From Malacoraja senta (lineage: Eukaryota), in assembly GCA_038087875.1 (NCBI GenBank), contig CM075992.1:12774001-12838000 (forward strand): a stretch of 64,000 bases of DNA, in the 5' to 3' direction. Positions 11,147-22,775 of this stretch are shown here, in pieces; the stretch's first letter is position 1; each line of letters begins with the position of its first letter. The translations under genes and the position numbers were made by a program. The notes under the pieces are model-generated. The model was not told where the DNA came from and searched no databases. It saw only the letters and a program-made list of their open reading frames with translations.

Positions 11147-13269
11147 CTCCCTCTCTCGCTCTCTCTCCCGCTCCCCATCTCGTCTCTCTCTAGCTCTCTC
11201 ACTCCCTCTCTCTCTCACCCTGTTGCCTCGGCATTCCCGGAACCATTGACGTTTTGCGATAGACAAAATGCTGGGGAAACTCACCGGGTGAGGCAGGATC
11301 TATGGAGCGAAGGAAATAGGCAACGTTTCAGGTCGAGACCCTTCTTCAGACACGGCCTGAAACATTGCTTATTTCCTTCGCCCCATAAATGCTGCCTCAC
11401 CCGCTGAGTTTCTCCAGCATTTTGGTCAACCTTCGATTTTCCAGCATCTTCAGTTCGTTCTTCAATGTTTTGCGGTGACGGCTGCATCTGCAGTTCCTTT
11501 CTGTTGGGGGGGGGTGCAGTTCTGGCACGTGGCGGCTCCTGATATCGTTTTTAAGAAGGAACTGCAGATGCTGCAAAATCGAAGGCAGACTGTGAAGGCA
11601 GGGTGCTGGTTGAAGGAGAATGGTGCATTTGACAGCTGCCATACATGTTCGAACACTGGGCTGCTGTAATGGGCTTGCCTTGTCATACATTTCTTACATT
11701 TGTTATGTTATTAGAAATATTAGCACAAGACCCAATAATAAATAAATTAAACATCTCCAGTAGTCTTGTCTCTCTGTGATACACGGAACCATGTCTGTAT
11801 GTGGTGCAGTGCAATACTGGAGATTTTAAAATTAGTTAAAATATGTCACCTGCCCTGTTTCAGCTTTTTTGACCGAGGTCAATATTAATAAAGGCCGTGT
11901 CTTACCTGTTTGCGGTCATCGGCGGTGAAGCGCGGCGTCGCCGGTAGCTAGGACCGCGCGGCAACGGCGAGAGCGTCGAGCCTATCCACCGGAGCGGCGC
12001 ACGCATGCTGCGCGGGGGCCGAGTTCATTCAAACACGGCGGGTCCCACGTGCTTGCGGTAAGTAAAAAAAGGGCGGGCCGACTGCGATGACGTCGGCCCC
12101 CCGCACGTGACTCACCAGCGGCGGCTGTGGCGGCGGCCATCCTGATCGCGGCGCTGTAGTGGTGGCTGTGCCTGCGGCCGCGCAGCACACGTGCCTCACT
12201 GGCGGCGGCACGTGCGTCACTGGCGGAGGCTGTGGCAGAGGAGGTTTGACGCACGGCGCTCGACCCACACTGGCGGCGGCCCGTGCGAGCGGCCGTGCGC
12301 ACACGTGCATCACTGGTGGAGGTTGTGCGGTGAGTATTTGGTTTTCGACATTGTCGATTTTATTTTTGCACCGTGTTGGGAACACCGTCGCACGGCCCGG
12401 GAATTGTTCTTTCTCACGAGTGCGCGGTCTATGGCGGCAGATTCTTCCCGTTTCGCCGCCAATGACCGCAGATTCGTGAGACAGACCTTTAACGCACACG
12501 AGGCCGAAAGCTGCCACAGCCAAGCGTTGTCCATTCCTTCTCTCCGGGGATGCTGCCTGTCCCGTTGAATTACTCCAGCTTTTTGTGTCTATCTGTAGCC
12601 TAGCATTATTCGGCCGTGACCCTTGGACCCTTCCTTGTATGTTGTTTCCACTTTTATAATAAATGTTTTCGGTGAACATTACCTCCGCTGTTGGACACCC
12701 TGCCTCAGACGTGGTGCGTTGTGTATTACTGGCAAAGCTAGTTACTTCGTCAAACGGTCACTGGAAACTATGTTTAGAAATGCTCGTGAAAATAAGTGAT
12801 ATGTTCCCTCCGCGGGTGCTGCCTTGCCCGCTGAGTTCCTCCAGCACTCTGTGTTTATTGTTTGGCTCTGAAGTTGAAAGTGGACCCCCCTGTGTCTACC
12901 TTCAACTCCCTGTCTGTGGTGGCTCAGCAGGATGGGCAGGGGCTCTGGGGAGAGGGTTGCGTTTCTGGTCGAGACCCTTCTTCAGACAATCACAAGTACT
13001 CTCACCGACGAGAGTTCAGTTCAGTCTGAAGAAGGGTCTTCTCTCCAGTCGCTGCGCTGCCTGTCCTGCTGAGCTACTCCAGCTTTTGTCTATCTTCAAT
13101 TTCAGAGTTAGATAACATTTCTCATGGGGGGTTTATAGCGTCTTCTCTCCCACCCCCTTCCTTCCCAACCTCAGCCTCACGGACCTTAGCGTACCCCTAG
13201 TTCCTAAAACCCATTTCCATCACTGATCTGGCATATCCATTCATGACAGTGAGATTTAAAAATCATGTT

Positions 13270-13412
13270 GGAGGGGGTATGGAGAGAAGGCAGGTACAGG
13301 ATACTGAGTTGGATGATCAGCCATGATCATATTGAATGGCGGTGCAGGCTCGAAGGGCCGAATGGCCTACTCCTGCACCTATTTTCTATGTTTCTATGTC
13401 TATGTTTCTATG
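13270..13412 (+). mobile_element. CR1 3' end with (TTTCTATG)n tail
   Basis: ggggtatggagagaaggcagg...gggccgaatggcctactcctgcacctattttctatgtttctatg; a near-identical copy lies at ~15370-15558. Confidence 0.8.
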
Positions 13413-14648
13413 TTATATTCTTGTGTGAATGGGATTAGTTTGTTATATGGATAGTTAAGCTATTTTTAAAAATTATCCTTTACTTAAGAAATGGAATCTA
13501 CAGGACATTCTTAATGGGAAAGTTGTGGGCAGAAAGGCATGTCATGCGTGGTTTGAAGAGCTAACACTTGTAGTTTACAATGCCAACATTGAAACGTTGA
13601 GGAAAAACAAGGTGTACAGAGTTGTTTATTGGTTACAATCTGAGGAGTATGATGATGCTACTGATTATGGTATGCCAATGTACCAGCTAGCAACTGATCT
13701 TCTTCATAAAGACCTGGTCTATTGCTAGAAATTGTAATTTATTTACCTATCTGTTACGGACTAACAGCATATAATACAATAATATTAAAGTTCTGATCTT
13801 GAGAATATCACATTTTTGAATGTTCAAGGCAGTCTGGGTGTTTATTACTATTTCCGTCACAACGGTCAATTTTGTAATTAGCTACAATTATGTAATTAAC
13901 TAATTATATGCCTTAATTTCAGGTCATCCAAGTAAGATGTTTTATATTTGTTTCAGAATGCTTCAATCTATAATAACTGAAAATGTCATTCAGTTCTCTT
14001 AATTTTCAAGAAAGTTGTGGGCTTTTGACTGTCCTCGATCACAGCTTTTGTGTTAAGTCAATGGTTAAGCAATCGGGAACAAGATGCTAATTTCCGAGTA
14101 TGAAAATGGCCATAACGTTTTTAATACTGAAGATATGAAACTGAATTAGGTGTCAAATTAAACTTATTTTTATGCGTTATCTGATGGGATAAATTGCACT
14201 TGATTTTTAAAATCTCAACATTATGTAACATTGCTAGAAAATGGGCCTGCATTTGGAGGCCGAAGGTTAGGTTGTTAGCCAAGAAAGATATACTTCGTTA
14301 TCCCTCAGTACAGCAACATCAAGAACGATGTTGCTGTACTGAGGGATAGCCAAGTCTATCTCTCATTGCTTGCAGCTGATGGGAAGCGGCTGTAAAGTGG
14401 TAAGCGGCTGAAAAAGGACAGCGCTGCTGGGGGGGGGGGGGAGAGTTCCTTTCACAGCGTGTGGGTAGTCTGGCCAGGGGTAAAGTTGCGGGGAGGGCAG
14501 GAGTGTTGAGAAGAAGGCGGTCGGGGATCATCCAGCTCAAGAGCGGGTCAGCGGGCGATGGATAACAGGACAGTGGGCGGTAGAGCTTACTCCATATGTC
14601 AGGGCGAGTAAACTCAATTGATCCCTTGTTCGCGCTGACACTGGAGCA

Positions 14649-15334
14649 AGGGCGTGTCCCACTTACGTGTCCGTGGCATGCAAATTACATGACCTCGTGG
14701 TCGCGTTGAGGCGCACGGGCATCGGATGGCCGCGCGGGGCCGGTCCCACTTAGAGGCGCGGAGGGGTATGTAGTTGTGCGCGACATCGGGCGGGGCTCCG
14801 AAATTGTTGTAGTGAACGAAATGTTCGCGCGCCAACGGCCTGTCGCGGAACTGACGGCCAAAGTGGGACAGGCACAAGACCCTGGCGCGAAGCAACATCT
14901 CACCTCCAACAGCAGCAGAAGCAGGCAAACGATCGCTGAACTCGGCCTGGGGCTCACGGCCCGGATCCGCCCCCACTTCTACTCCCAGAGCGGTGCCAAA
15001 AATATTGAAGATAGATACAAAGTGCATGAGTAACTCAGCGGGACAGGCAGCATCTCTGGAGAGAAGCAATGGGTGACGTTTCAGGTCAAGATCCTTCTTT
15101 TCAGACGGACGAAGAGTCTCGACATGAAAAGTCACCCATTTCTTCTCTCCAGAGATGCTGCCGGTCCCGCTGAGTTACTCCAGCTTTGTGTCCATCTTCA
15201 AATTACGTCACGCGCTCCAAACCGCTGTGCGTACGCATGAAATCGCGCCCGACCTTCGCGGGACTGTCGGCCTTCAATGCGACCACGAGGTCGCGTAATT
15301 TGCGTGCCAAGGACACGTGAGTGGGACAGGCCCT
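14649..15334. mobile_element. MITE with ~63 bp TIRs (PIF/Harbinger-like end, family tentative)
   Basis: 14649-14711 (agggcgtgtcccacttacgtgtcc...gacctcgtggtcgcgttgagg) is the reverse complement of 15271-15334. A palindromic Penelope-derived repeat is nested at ~15005-15200. Confidence 0.7.
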
Positions 15335-15578
15335 GTAAGCTCCACCGCCGGCTGTGATGTTGTCCATCCTGACCAGTTCATTGGCTATATTTAAGAGGGA
15401 GTTAGATGTGGCCCTTGTGGCTAAAGGGATCAGGGGGTATGGAGAGAAGGCAGGTATAGGATACTGAGTTGGATGATCAGCCATGATCATATTGAATGGC
15501 GGTGCAGGCTCGAAGGGCCGAATGGCCTACTCCTGCACCTATTTTCTATGTTTCTATGACCCACTCCGCTCTATGATC

Positions 15579-16135
15579 GGAGAGCGAAAGACAGAGAGAC
15601 ACTACGTGGGTCGGTAGGTAAATTGAATGACTAACCTGCTGCACACAAAGAAGCTCACCAAGAAGAAGCCCTCAATCATGATGGTGAGTTTTAAGAAATT
15701 CTCAATGTGTCATCAATGCATCGATCTACATTCCTCAGTAAATGTAATTGTGTTTTGGAAAAGTATTAATGACGCCGCATGAATTGTATTCCAAGGAACG
15801 GCGTCATTAATACTTGTTCAAAACACAATTACATTTACTGAGGAATGTGGATCGATGCATTGATGACACATTGTATAACAACTTGTTAACTACTGGCTGT
15901 TAATAAGTGCGAACAGTAGTAGCTAACAAATCGTTTTTGTCTGATGGTCGTGCAGCGGTTGTTATCCATGTTCGTTTTGTAAAAAGATCCGTATGGCAAA
16001 TGTTTTTCTTAATATCTTTATTTAACAAAGCGAATTTGTATTTCCGTACGAAATACGGAAAATTAACGCGGGGCCCCCCTTAGGCGCGGGGCCCAATTGG
16101 GAGAAATCGGTCCAATCACCTTGAGACCGGCCCTG
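15579..16135 (-). repeat. Right arm of ~540 bp inverted repeat, hAT-like terminus
   Basis: Ends ...gagaccggccctg (CAGGGCCGG on the minus strand, hAT-like) and mirrors 10606-11146. Confidence 0.85.
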
Positions 16136-17439
16136 TTCTGGTGCAGCGCGCACCTTTCCAAACTAATATTGTTTAAGAGGTTTCACCCACACACTGCCCG
16201 AGGACCGCATCATGTAATAGCTTTTCCCCACGTACTATTGAGTCTACAATTGCCTTGTATTCATAAATGAGCTTCCACAGTTCAAGGCGATCACTTTCTG
16301 TATTTCAACATTGCAGAGAGAACAGTTTCACGGTGCGCTGACCGCTACAACTGCCAGCAAGCTGTGGGCTTCTTGGAGACTCCCACCACTGTGCGAGTGA
16401 AACCACGACTATTTTTAGTGCATAGGGCTGCTCCGGCAGCTGGTGACAACATTCACTCGCTCGGGAGAGAGTGTGGAAAATGGAATGTGCAGAAACGGAG
16501 TTACACTGAGATGGGGCAGAGAGGGAGGAAAAGTCACCACGATGAATAAAGATCAAATCAAAGATAGATGTAGAGATATAGATAAGGTGGTGGTGACAGG
16601 GAAAGTGACTTGGAATAACAACCAGGACACGCTGGGAGAGTCAATTAAAAATGTTACGGAAGGTCCCAATCGGAAAGGTCCCGACCCGTTCATTCCCTCC
16701 ACAGATGCTGCTCGATCCAGCACTATGTGTTCGCCAGAAGTCTAATTATCCGGTCTGAACATTATTTAAGAGATAAGAGAATGGATCCTTTTCTATGTAT
16801 ATGAAGGAAGGAAATCGTAAAGCTGAGAAGACCATGAGTGATTCTTACAGAAAAAGATACAACGTTTAACTGTATAATAATGTTGAGACGGCGTGTTACA
16901 CGGAGATAAATATCCCTTCACATACCCAATAGAAGGTAGCTGTACACGGCTCGCATCCTGCTCTCAGAAAGATCGAACTGTTGTACGACTCACATCGTCC
17001 AGCAGAACTTCAGCAGCTGTACAGAGGCACGTCCCACAGAGGAGGACATGAAATTCAGATCCGGCCAGTTCCCAGACCTATCAATGCACCGGACGTTAAC
17101 CCTCGAGGAGACACATAAGGCTGCAGATGCTGTAATCTGGAGCGACAAACAATCTGCTGGAGGAACTCAGCGCCTAGAGCTGGGTCTGTGGGGCAAAAAC
17201 GGTTCAGTTTGAGCATCAGAGACCGTCCTGGTGCAGGGTCTGGACCCAAAACGTCGATAAGTTGTGTGTCCCAACCCCCACCCACAGATGCTGCTCGACC
17301 TGATTCCCCCCAACAGGCTTTCACCCTATTATAAATTCAAATCTGTAATTTCGCCAGAATTCTGTCCTAATTAGAGGGAATTACTTGGATCACTTTCTCT
17401 GAAGTGTCCGGGGTTGAGGGAGGGGCTGATAAAAGAATA

Positions 17440-17745
17440 AGTACAGTGGCGAAGCGGTAGCGTTGCTGCCTGACAGGGCAAGAGACCCGGGTTCGATCCT
17501 GATTAAGGGCGCTGGCGATCCGCAGTTCTCCCTTTAACCGCGTGGGTTTTCTCCGTGTGCTCGTTTCCAACCACATTCCAAAGATGTGCGGCTTTGTAGA
17601 TTAATTGGCTTCTGTAAAACACTCCTAGTGTGTTGAATGCGAAACTGGAACAACACAGAACTAATGTATGGGTGATCGTTGGTTCGTGCAGACTCAGTGG
17701 GCCGAATGGCTTGTTTCTACGCTACATCTCTAAACTAAAACTAAA
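17440..17745 (+). mobile_element. V-SINE (HE1-like) copy with tRNA-derived Pol III head
   Basis: A-box-like gtggcgaagcgg, B box gggttcgatcc, central gcgtgggttttctccg, CR1-like 3' end and (ctaaa)n tail. Confidence 0.8.
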
Positions 17746-17864
17746 TTATACAAAATGATGAAAGGCATAGAAAGCGCGCACACTATGTAGTGTATATGAT
17801 GGTAACTAACTTTAAGAACTGAGTACTAATGGTACTAGACTAAGTGGGACCGTTGGGTCTCTGT

Positions 17865-20800
17865 CAAGTTCAAGTGAGTTTATTGTCATGTGTCCCTGAT
17901 AGGACAATTAAATTCTTGCTTTGCTTCAGCACAACAGAGCATAGAAGGCATTGACTACAAAACAGATCAGTGTGTCCATATATCATTATATAAATATATA
18001 CACACATGAATAAATAAACTGATGAAGTGCAAATAACAGATAATGGGCTATTAATGTTCATAGTTTTTTCCGAGCAAAGTTTAATAACCTGATGGCTGTG
18101 GGGAAGTAGCTATTCCTGAACCTGGTTGTTGCAGTCTTCAGGCTCCTGTACCTTCTATCTGAAGGTAGCAAGGAGATGAGTGTGTGCCCAGGATGGTGTG
18201 GGTCCTTTTTGAGGCAGCGACTGCGATAGATCCCCTCGATGGAAGGGAGGTCAGAGCCGATGATGGACTGGGCAGTGTTTACTATTCTTTGTAGTCTTTT
18301 CCTCTCCAGGGCGCTCAAGTTGCCGAACCAAGCCATGATGCAACCGGTCAGCATGCTCTCTACTGTGCACCTATAGAAGTTAGAGAGAGTCCTCCTTGAC
18401 AAACCGACTCTCCATAATCTTCTCAGGAAGTAGAGGCGCTGATGTGATTTCTTAATAGTAGCATCAGTGTTCTCAGACCAGGAAAGATCTTCAGAGATGT
18501 GCACGCCCAGGAATTTAAAGCTCTTGACCCTTTCAATCATCGACCCATTGATATAAACAGGACTGTGGGTCCCCATCCTACTCCTTCCAAAGTCCACAAT
18601 CAGTTTCTTGGTTTTGCTGGTGTTGAGGGCCAGGTTATTGTGCTGGCACCATATGGACAGTTGCTCGATCTCTCTTCTGTACTCTGAATCATCCCCATCA
18701 GTGATACGTCCCACAACAGTGGTGTCGTCAGTGAACTTGATGATGGAGTTCGCACTATGAGCGGCTATGCAGTCATGAGTATAGAGTGAGTACAGCAGGG
18801 GGCTGAGCATGCAGCCTTGAGGTGCTCCCGTGCTGATTGTTATCGAGTCTGACACATTTCCACCAATACGAACAGACTGTGGTCTGAGAATGAGGAACTC
18901 GAGGATCCAATTGCAGAGGGATGCGCAGATACCCAGTTCTGCGAGTTTGATAACCAGCTTGGAGGGGATGATTGTGTTAAATGCCGAGCTGTAATCGATG
19001 AATAACAGCCTGACATATGAGTTTTTGTTGTCCAAGTGGTCCAGAGCGGAGTGGAGGGCCAGCGAGATCGCATCGACCATTGATCTGTTGTGGCGGTAAG
19101 CGAACTGTAGTGGATCCAGGTTTTTGTCGAGGTAGGAGTTGATTTGCGCCATGATGAACCTCTCAAAGCACTTCATCACCACAGGCGTTAGTACCACAGG
19201 TCATTGAGGCACGTCACCTTGCTCTTCTTGGGCACTGGTATGATTGATGCCCTTTTGAAGCAGGTGGGAACCTCAGACCTCAGGTTGAAAATGTCCATAA
19301 AGACTCCAGCCAGTTGGTCCGCACAGGTTTTTAGAACATGACCAGGTATACCATCAGGCCCAGGCGCTTTTCGAGGGTTCACCCCTCTGAAGGATTTCCT
19401 GACGTCGGCCTCTGTGACTGAGACTGAAATACCATCACAGCGAATGGGAGCTCGGGAAGGCACATCAGTGTTCTCCCTATCAAAGCGTGCGTAAAAAGCA
19501 TTGAGCTCATCAGGCAGTGATGTTTCGCTGACATTCGAGCTGCCTCCTGATTTCGCCTTGTTGGAGATGATTGCATTCAGGCCCCACCACAGCTCCCAAA
19601 CATCTGTCTGATTCTCCAGTTTGGAGCAGGTCCCTTTTGGCCTTTTTGATGGCCTTACCAAGGTCGTATCTGGACTTCTTGTAGACCACTGTATCATCAG
19701 ACATGAATGCCCGGTGTCTGGTCTTCAGAAGAGTGCGGATCTCAAAGTTCATCCAAGGTTTCTGATTGGGAAAAATTCGGAAGGTTTTTGTAGGGATGCA
19801 GTCCTCCACACATTTCTTAATGAAGTCTGTAACGATTGTGGCGTATTCGTTCAAGTCCGTTGCCGAATCCTTGAACATTGCCCAGCCTACAGACTCCAAA
19901 CAGTGCTGTAGTTGTTCCTCTGCCCCCCCCCCCCCCCCCCCAGCTCTGCACTGTCCTCACCTCTTGGGGTGCGCTCTCTAATTGCTGCCTGTAGGCAGGA
20001 AGAAACAGCACGGATTTACCGAAGTGAGGGCGAGGGATAGAGCGATAGGCATTCTTGATTGTGGTGTAGCAATGGTCGAGGGTGTTTGGTCCTCTGGTGC
20101 AGCAGGAGACATGTTGGTGGAAGTTAGGGAGTGATTTCTTTAGGTTTGCCTTATTGAAGTCCCTAGCAATGGTGGTAAATGCCTCGGGGTAAGACGTCTG
20201 GTGTTTGTTGACCACGGCGTGTAGCTCCTCCAGTGCCAGATGGACTTCTGCCTGGGGTGGGATGTAGACCGCGGTCAGGATGATGGAGGTGAATTCCCTC
20301 GGAAGGTAGAAGGGACGACACTTCACCGCCAGATGTTTGAGGTGTGGAGAGCAGGAGTTGGACAGGACTGTTACGTCTGAGCACCGCGCAGAGTTGACCA
20401 TGAGGCAGACGCCCCCTCTCCCTTTCCCAGATGCCAGTGTACGGTCCATATCGTGGATGGAGAACCCTTCAGGCTGGACCGCTGAGTCTGGGGAGCTGGG
20501 GTGAGCCATGTCTCTGTGAAACAGAACACAGAGCATTCCCTCAGCTCCCTTTGATAAAGCAGTCTTGCTCTTAAGTCCTCCACTTTATTTTCAAGGGACT
20601 GAACGTTGGCCGGTAGGATAGTAGGGAGAGGGGGCCCAAGTCCCCTGCGCTTCAGTCTGACCTGAAGTCCTGCCCGCCGGCCACGTTTCCAGACACAATG
20701 GGGGCTTCCCCTTTGTTTCCAGGTACTAAGCTTTCTGTATCTGCTGATTTTGCGAACTTGCGCTGGAACGGGGATTTCTTCACAGACGGCAGCTCCAGCT

Positions 20801-21084
20801 CCGTAACGAAAGGGGGTTTCCTCAAAGTCGGCAGCTCCAGCTTCATTGTTCCTGGAAGATCCAGCCCGTCGGCTCTGGAGGTCATCTCGGGGTTTCCAGG
20901 TACCGTATCTGGGTTCCTCAGTCGGGTCCGGAGTTTTACAGCCAGCGTGGGAACATTTAAAGTCCGAAACGGCACCGTTTTCTGCCGTTTTCCAGATCCA
21001 GGTGACTTGATTGAATTTGTACCTAAGCCTTGTAGGTTCTGGTGCTCCGCAAAAGTCGCCGCAGGCAGGCGCCATCTTCGGATT
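17865..21084 (-). mobile_element. Near full-length but frameshifted Rex1/Babar-clade LINE (APE endonuclease + RT)
   Basis: Overlapping ORF pieces give LPTILPANVQSLENK and CFTETWL (APE), [56 protein letters not shown] and KFTDDT. The 3' end has aataaa and a (cttgaa)n-like tail at ~17865-17885. Confidence 0.92.
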
Positions 21085-21209
21085 CTTACGAGAGGCCTGG
21101 TCCTCCAACGCAACCCATTCCCCAACGCAATATTCCACCACTCACCCATAGCCCTTAACTGCGCAGGCACGGCTCATTTCCCCTCATCCCCAGTACTCCC
21201 TATCCCTCC

Positions 21210-22000
21210 TCTTCATGTGCGGGAAGGGGGGAGGGAAGTGGGGGGGGGAAATGAGGAGGAGTAGGAGGGTGGAGAGGGTGAGGGTAGTGTGCGGGGAGGG
21301 GAGGGGGGTGAGGTGTGAATGTGGGCAGGAGGGATGTGGGTGGTGTTGGGTGTGTGTGGGCAGGGGTGGTGTGTTGCCAGGAGGTTGTGGGGAAAGGGTT
21401 GTGGGGGGAGAGATTTGGGGTGTGGTGGAGGGGAGTGGATGGCGAGGTGTGTGGGGGCTTGGGAGCGGTGTGTGGGCGCGGGGGACTTGTGGGCTTGGGG
21501 AGGGTAGTGGGGGCCGGGGTGGGTAGTGGGGTTTGTGGGGGCGAGGGAGCGATGATTGTAGGGGGGGAAGGGTGTTGGGGCAGGGGGGTTGTGGGGCCGG
21601 GGGGGGGCGTTAGTGGGGGGAGGGGGAGTGGGCAGTTGTGTGTGTGGGGGGCGGGGTGTGTGGGCGGGGGATGTGTGTGGGCGGGGTGTGTGGGGGGCAA
21701 GGGTGTGGGGGGAGGGTGCATTGGGTGGGAGGGGTATGGTGTGGGGGAGGTGGAGTGTGGGCAGGGGGTGTGTGGGGGTGGCGTGTGGCGGGTGTGTGGG
21801 AGGATCGGGGTGTGGGCTGGGGGGGTATGTGTGGGTGGGGTGTGTGTGGGCGGGCATGTGGGCTTGTGAGGGGAGTGTTGTGTGGGCGGGGTTGTGAGGG
21901 AGTGGGGGTGTGTGGGCGAGGGTGTTGTGGGGGGATGGGTATGTGGGGGGGGGTTGTGGGGCGAGAGGGTTGTGTGGGGGGGAGAGTGCTTGGAGAAAAG
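21210..22000 (+). repeat. G/T-rich low-complexity tract (inside Helitron)
   Basis: About 800 bp of irregular GTG(G)n runs with very few A or C. Confidence 0.9.
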
Positions 22001-22553
22001 ACGGGGGAAGAGCCATTGGGAGAGGGCGGTATCAAGGGAGAGGGGAGCAGGAGCCAGTTAGAAAGACCAGAGGTGTAGGGGCTGGCGGTGCGATGGGTAC
22101 TCACAGCGGGCGCTGGGCGCTGGTCCTTCTCCTCTGCCGGGATCAGAGTCTCCACATTCCGTTTGGCGACATCTCCGACTCCAGGCTTGGCTGGGCTGAG
22201 CTGGGCCACTTGCTGTCACTCCGAAAATTGTGTCCAGTTGGAGACCTCCGCCAGCCATCCAGCGCGTCCCTTAGCTCCAGTAAAGACGCAATGGCGCAGA
22301 AAGGTGCGGACCATCCCGGGGAGTGACAGGAGAAGAGACTAATCTGCGTAGCGCTAACTGGCAGGAGAGGAGATCGATCTGCGCACGCGCGGATTTTAAG
22401 GTTTTTAAACCTCACTAACTTTTACAACATTCAACGGATCAGAATGAATCTTGGTGCACTCGAAGCACGGCGAGTGAGCTGGCGGAAAATCGTAGCACTA
22501 TCTCGTACCGTTTTTGCGCAAATAAATAACAAGATCAGAGTTTTAGTTATGTA

Positions 22554-22775
22554 CTAGACTGTGGGACCCATTGGGTCCCAGCATCACACGGGAGGGCTGG
22601 TCACCAACGCAATATTCCACCTCTCCACCAATTCCAATATTGCTCGCCAGTGGGGGGGGGGGGGGCTTTCTGTTGCGCTGGTATGGGTGTTGCGGGCCGA
22701 AGGTACTGGTTTCCAGAGGGCTAGCATAGAATGGATCCTTGGGCTGGCTGCCAACTTTTGCAACGATTTTAAAAG
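22554..22775 (-). mobile_element. Helitron 3' terminus leading directly into satellite 1
   Basis: a|ctagac at 22554 with the perfect hairpin gggaccc-att-gggtccc (22563-22579). It shares ccaacgcaatattccacc with the 17835 element. Confidence 0.75.

Larger units (their letters stand above)
17835..22553 (-). mobile_element. Non-autonomous Helitron-type element split by a Rex/Babar LINE
   Basis: 3' end a|ctagactaagtgggaccgttgggtc at 17835. It resumes at ~21085 (acgagaggcctggtcctccaacgca, matching 22588-22612 of the next copy). The 5'-end-like cagagttttagttatgta at 22536-22553 resembles the 5' end of the 3284-4917 element. Confidence 0.7.

Noticed and set aside
17440..17515. tRNA gene
   Set aside because: The A/B boxes continue into a SINE body and CR1-like tail, and no complete cloverleaf is evident.
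21200..22209. Pro/His- and Gly/Val-rich ORFs (also 3453-4206)
   Set aside because: Artefacts of low-complexity G-rich DNA, open in nearly all frames.
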